Of a stretch of DNA of 64,000 nucleotides, positions 61,357 to 64,000 are shown piece after piece. Location of the stretch: NCBI GenBank assembly GCA_036172245.1, contig JAYWIR010000094.1, positions 124,001-188,000 of the forward strand. Direction: 5' to 3'. Position 1 is the stretch's first letter. Each line of letters begins with the position of its first letter. The notes below the pieces were generated by a model. That model ran no database searches. It was not told the DNA's origin and worked only from the letters and a program-made list of their open reading frames with translations. A program made the position numbers and the translations under genes. The DNA is from Raillietiella orientalis (lineage: Eukaryota).

Positions 61357-64000
61357 TGCCACCCGGGTACGCCCGGGGCGTTTATTTAGAAAAAACTCTA
61401 CAATCGCGGTACCAGGCCCCGCTCACGGCTTTATGCACGGGACCTACCGGGACGCCGGGACTCCGTCCGGCGTGACACTCCCCGGCAGCGAAAGGGGATG
61501 GGGAAAAACAAAAATAAGAACAAAAACGCAAACAAAAAAAATGTGGTTGGGGGGCAGGGAAGGGATCACTGTTCGCTGAGAGGAGGGCCCATCCGTTGAA
61601 GGAAGCCCTCGAGTTCCATCCGTATATTCCCCAGTTGGGGCCATCCAGCAGCTCTCCGCAAGAAGCGTTGGGCATATGAGATGACATCCCTCGCGTGTTG
61701 ACCCACTTCTTCCTTGTTGGTGTCGCTCTATGCCGCCACGATGCCTCGGACGCAGCACAAGTCTGCAAGGGCTGCGGCTGGGTGCAGGGCGTCCTTCACG
61801 AAGAGGGTCCGAAGAACGTCTCTAAAGGAACTGCCCGTTGGGAGACCGAGGATCGTCCCAAACCGTTCCCAAAGGGGACGAAGGGCAGCACAGTCCACAA
61901 TAAGGTGGGAGGGCGATTCCCGCTCTCCGCACCTGACACACGTAGGATCCACAACTCCTCTTGTCCAGTGAGAGCGGCGTGCGTTGCAGGGTAAACCCCA
62001 ATGCAACAACAGCAACGTCGACTCTTTCCACTTAAGGGGCAGGATCCTGGATTCCGGAAGAAGCGAGGGCCACTTCAGCACATCCATAGGGATGGTCAGC
62101 AGCTCGCCCCATCTTCTTAGTCCTCGCGGCTGGACGCTCGGGGTCGTGGCGTCGGCCAGTTCTCCTGTTGTCCAGCCGCTAATCAAATTCTCGCGTCCCA
62201 GGATGCAGCAGGAGACTTGTCACCTTGGCGTCAGGCTGCTGTGAAGTGCCCTATTTAGGAAGGACAGCGCCGTAGCTAGGCAGGTCGTCTCTGCCCACGT
62301 GCATCTTGCTGGACTCTCCAGGAGATTCCGCAGCGTGCAGCGGACGTAGGGGCTGCATCGGAGACGATTCCACGTCTCGTGGCTCCTCTGGTTAACCGCT
62401 GCCCACGTTCCAATATTCTCCTCCAGCCAGGCGGGGGAGTTGGAGGGGCAGCAAACCATCCAGCTGTTCTTCTTGGCCAATGTTGCCATGCGCTTGAGCA
62501 GTAGGCCGCACCTTCGCATCTTCCGGCCACGGCTCAGAAGAAAAGACGCGATTCCATCGCACCGGGACACACGGCTGGCCAGGAGGTGGGCCGGAGTGCA
62601 CCAAAGGGTGCTCCACATCTTCGCTGCGATGGCAAGGGTTAGCTATCGCAGCTGCTTCTCCACGCGCTCCAGCGTCAGGAGGCCAAGACCGCGGTCCCGA
62701 CGCGGAGCGCACAAGTTCTTCAGAGGGACTCGGGGCCTCCCCTCGCCCCAAAGGGCGATACGGAAGAGGTCCTTTGTCCTCTTTTTCGATTCAACGGTGG
62801 GGGGGCAAACAAAAAGCAAGGAACGGAGAATGGTAGCCGCAAAGGCGTTCCAAACCGCGACCCGTTCCGGCAAGTGAAACTTGCCTTCCAGGAACGGGCC
62901 GATCGCCGTCTCGACTTTTTGGAGGCAGCTAAACCACGCTTCCGCAGGGAAGTAGTCCCCCAACGGCACACCAAGGTACTTGAAGCACCTCGCCGTGGGG
63001 ATCCCCAGACGGACCCAGTCCTGCTGCCCTGCCCACTCCGCACCTATAGGCACAACCGACGACTTCGCCCTGTTAACCTGCAGTCCGGTCCCGCGGCTGA
63101 GCAGATCGAAGAAGTCTCCGACCGCCTTCGCCGGGGTGGACATTGGCAACAAGACCAGAAGATCGTCGGCGTACGCTGCTACGGCGGGCGTGCCGGGGCA
63201 CGAGCTCGGCAAGGGGGCCAAAGTCACCCTGTACGCTCTCAGCACCAACTCAATGTAGGTGCTAAAGAGCAGGGGGCTGAGGCTATCGCCCTGCCTTATG
63301 CCCCACCGCACCGGCACGCCATACACCTTCTGTCCACTGAAACAGACGGTAATCATCGTATTCCGCCAGCAAGAGCGCACGTAGGAAATCAGGGAGGGTG
63401 GGAAGCCCATGCGACCCAGGAGATCCAAGAGGAGTTCCTGGTCTACACAGTCGAACGCCTTGTGGAAATCAACTGAGAGCGCTAGGGCCCCCTTCCCCGC
63501 CCGGGGTTTCCTTCATAGCCCGGGTTGCGGCCTCAACGTGGGGTTGCCGACTGTTCATATCCCTTTCTTTTATCATCTCAGCAGGTACACCCATGTGCCT
63601 GCGAAGAAGAGGTTGGCATCCATCCTTCGCCCGGGAACAGCATAAGTCTGCTCCGGGCTAATTACGGATTCTGCCACCTGCCCCAGACGCGAAACCCATA
63701 GTCCTGCTCTCAACTTGGCGTCTGTATTCACGATCGTGATTGGACGCCAGTTCTTCAAATTCCTGAGGTCTCCCCCTTTCGTGAGGAGCCTCACTCTGGG
63801 TGACCGAAACTAGGCGGGAACATCGCCTTCGTCTCGGATCAGCCTGATCAACTTAAGCAGCAGGGATGCCAGCTCTACCGCGAAGCTCTTAAAGACCTCC
63901 GCGGGAAAGCCGTCTTCCCCTGGAGCTTTACGCCTCTTGAGCCTTTTGATACCGGCGAGAATTTCGACGGTGGTAAAAGGCTCGTCGAGGCTTTCCATCT
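61357..64000 (-). mobile_element. Family A RT, C-terminus and 3'UTR (runs off the window)
   Basis: QGDSLSP, YADD, KYLG, CVRCGERESPSHLIVDC; hairpin end. Confidence 0.92.

Noticed and set aside
4777..61386. Recurrent hairpin motif as a CRISPR or integron-type repeat
   Set aside because: Irregular kb-scale spacing, both strands, always at LINE 3' ends; no cas or integrase gene

Overview
Eukaryotic DNA, possibly arthropod given a degenerate (CCTAA)n tract, with no recognisable host gene. Nearly all 64 kb is a nested, two-stranded pile of decayed non-LTR retrotransposons from three groups. (A) About 20 fragments of several subfamilies of a GC-rich Tx1/L1-clade LINE with CCHC-knuckle ORF1 and APE endonuclease + RT + C-terminal Cys/His ORF2. 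(B) Two near full-length copies plus a 5' fragment of a second Tx1/L1-clade family. (C) Fragments of a NeSL/Utopia-like element with N-terminal zinc fingers. The most striking pattern is that family-A copies end in a tail-less AATAAA + CCCGG-hairpin, and 10 of these 12 ends abut the APE/linker-coding sequence of another family-A copy. Two pairs of ends lie at nucleotide-equivalent positions in divergent hosts, and two insertions retain target-site duplications. Both long family-B copies start antisense at about the same point of a family-A ORF1. This suggests retrotransposons that preferentially target their relatives. Non-TE islands are an intact small ORF with a BAF-like HhH motif (2485-2871) and a ~1.9 kb decayed orphan ORF that may be an endogenous viral element (37790-39710). 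All similarities were judged by eye and boundaries are approximate unless a motif is quoted.
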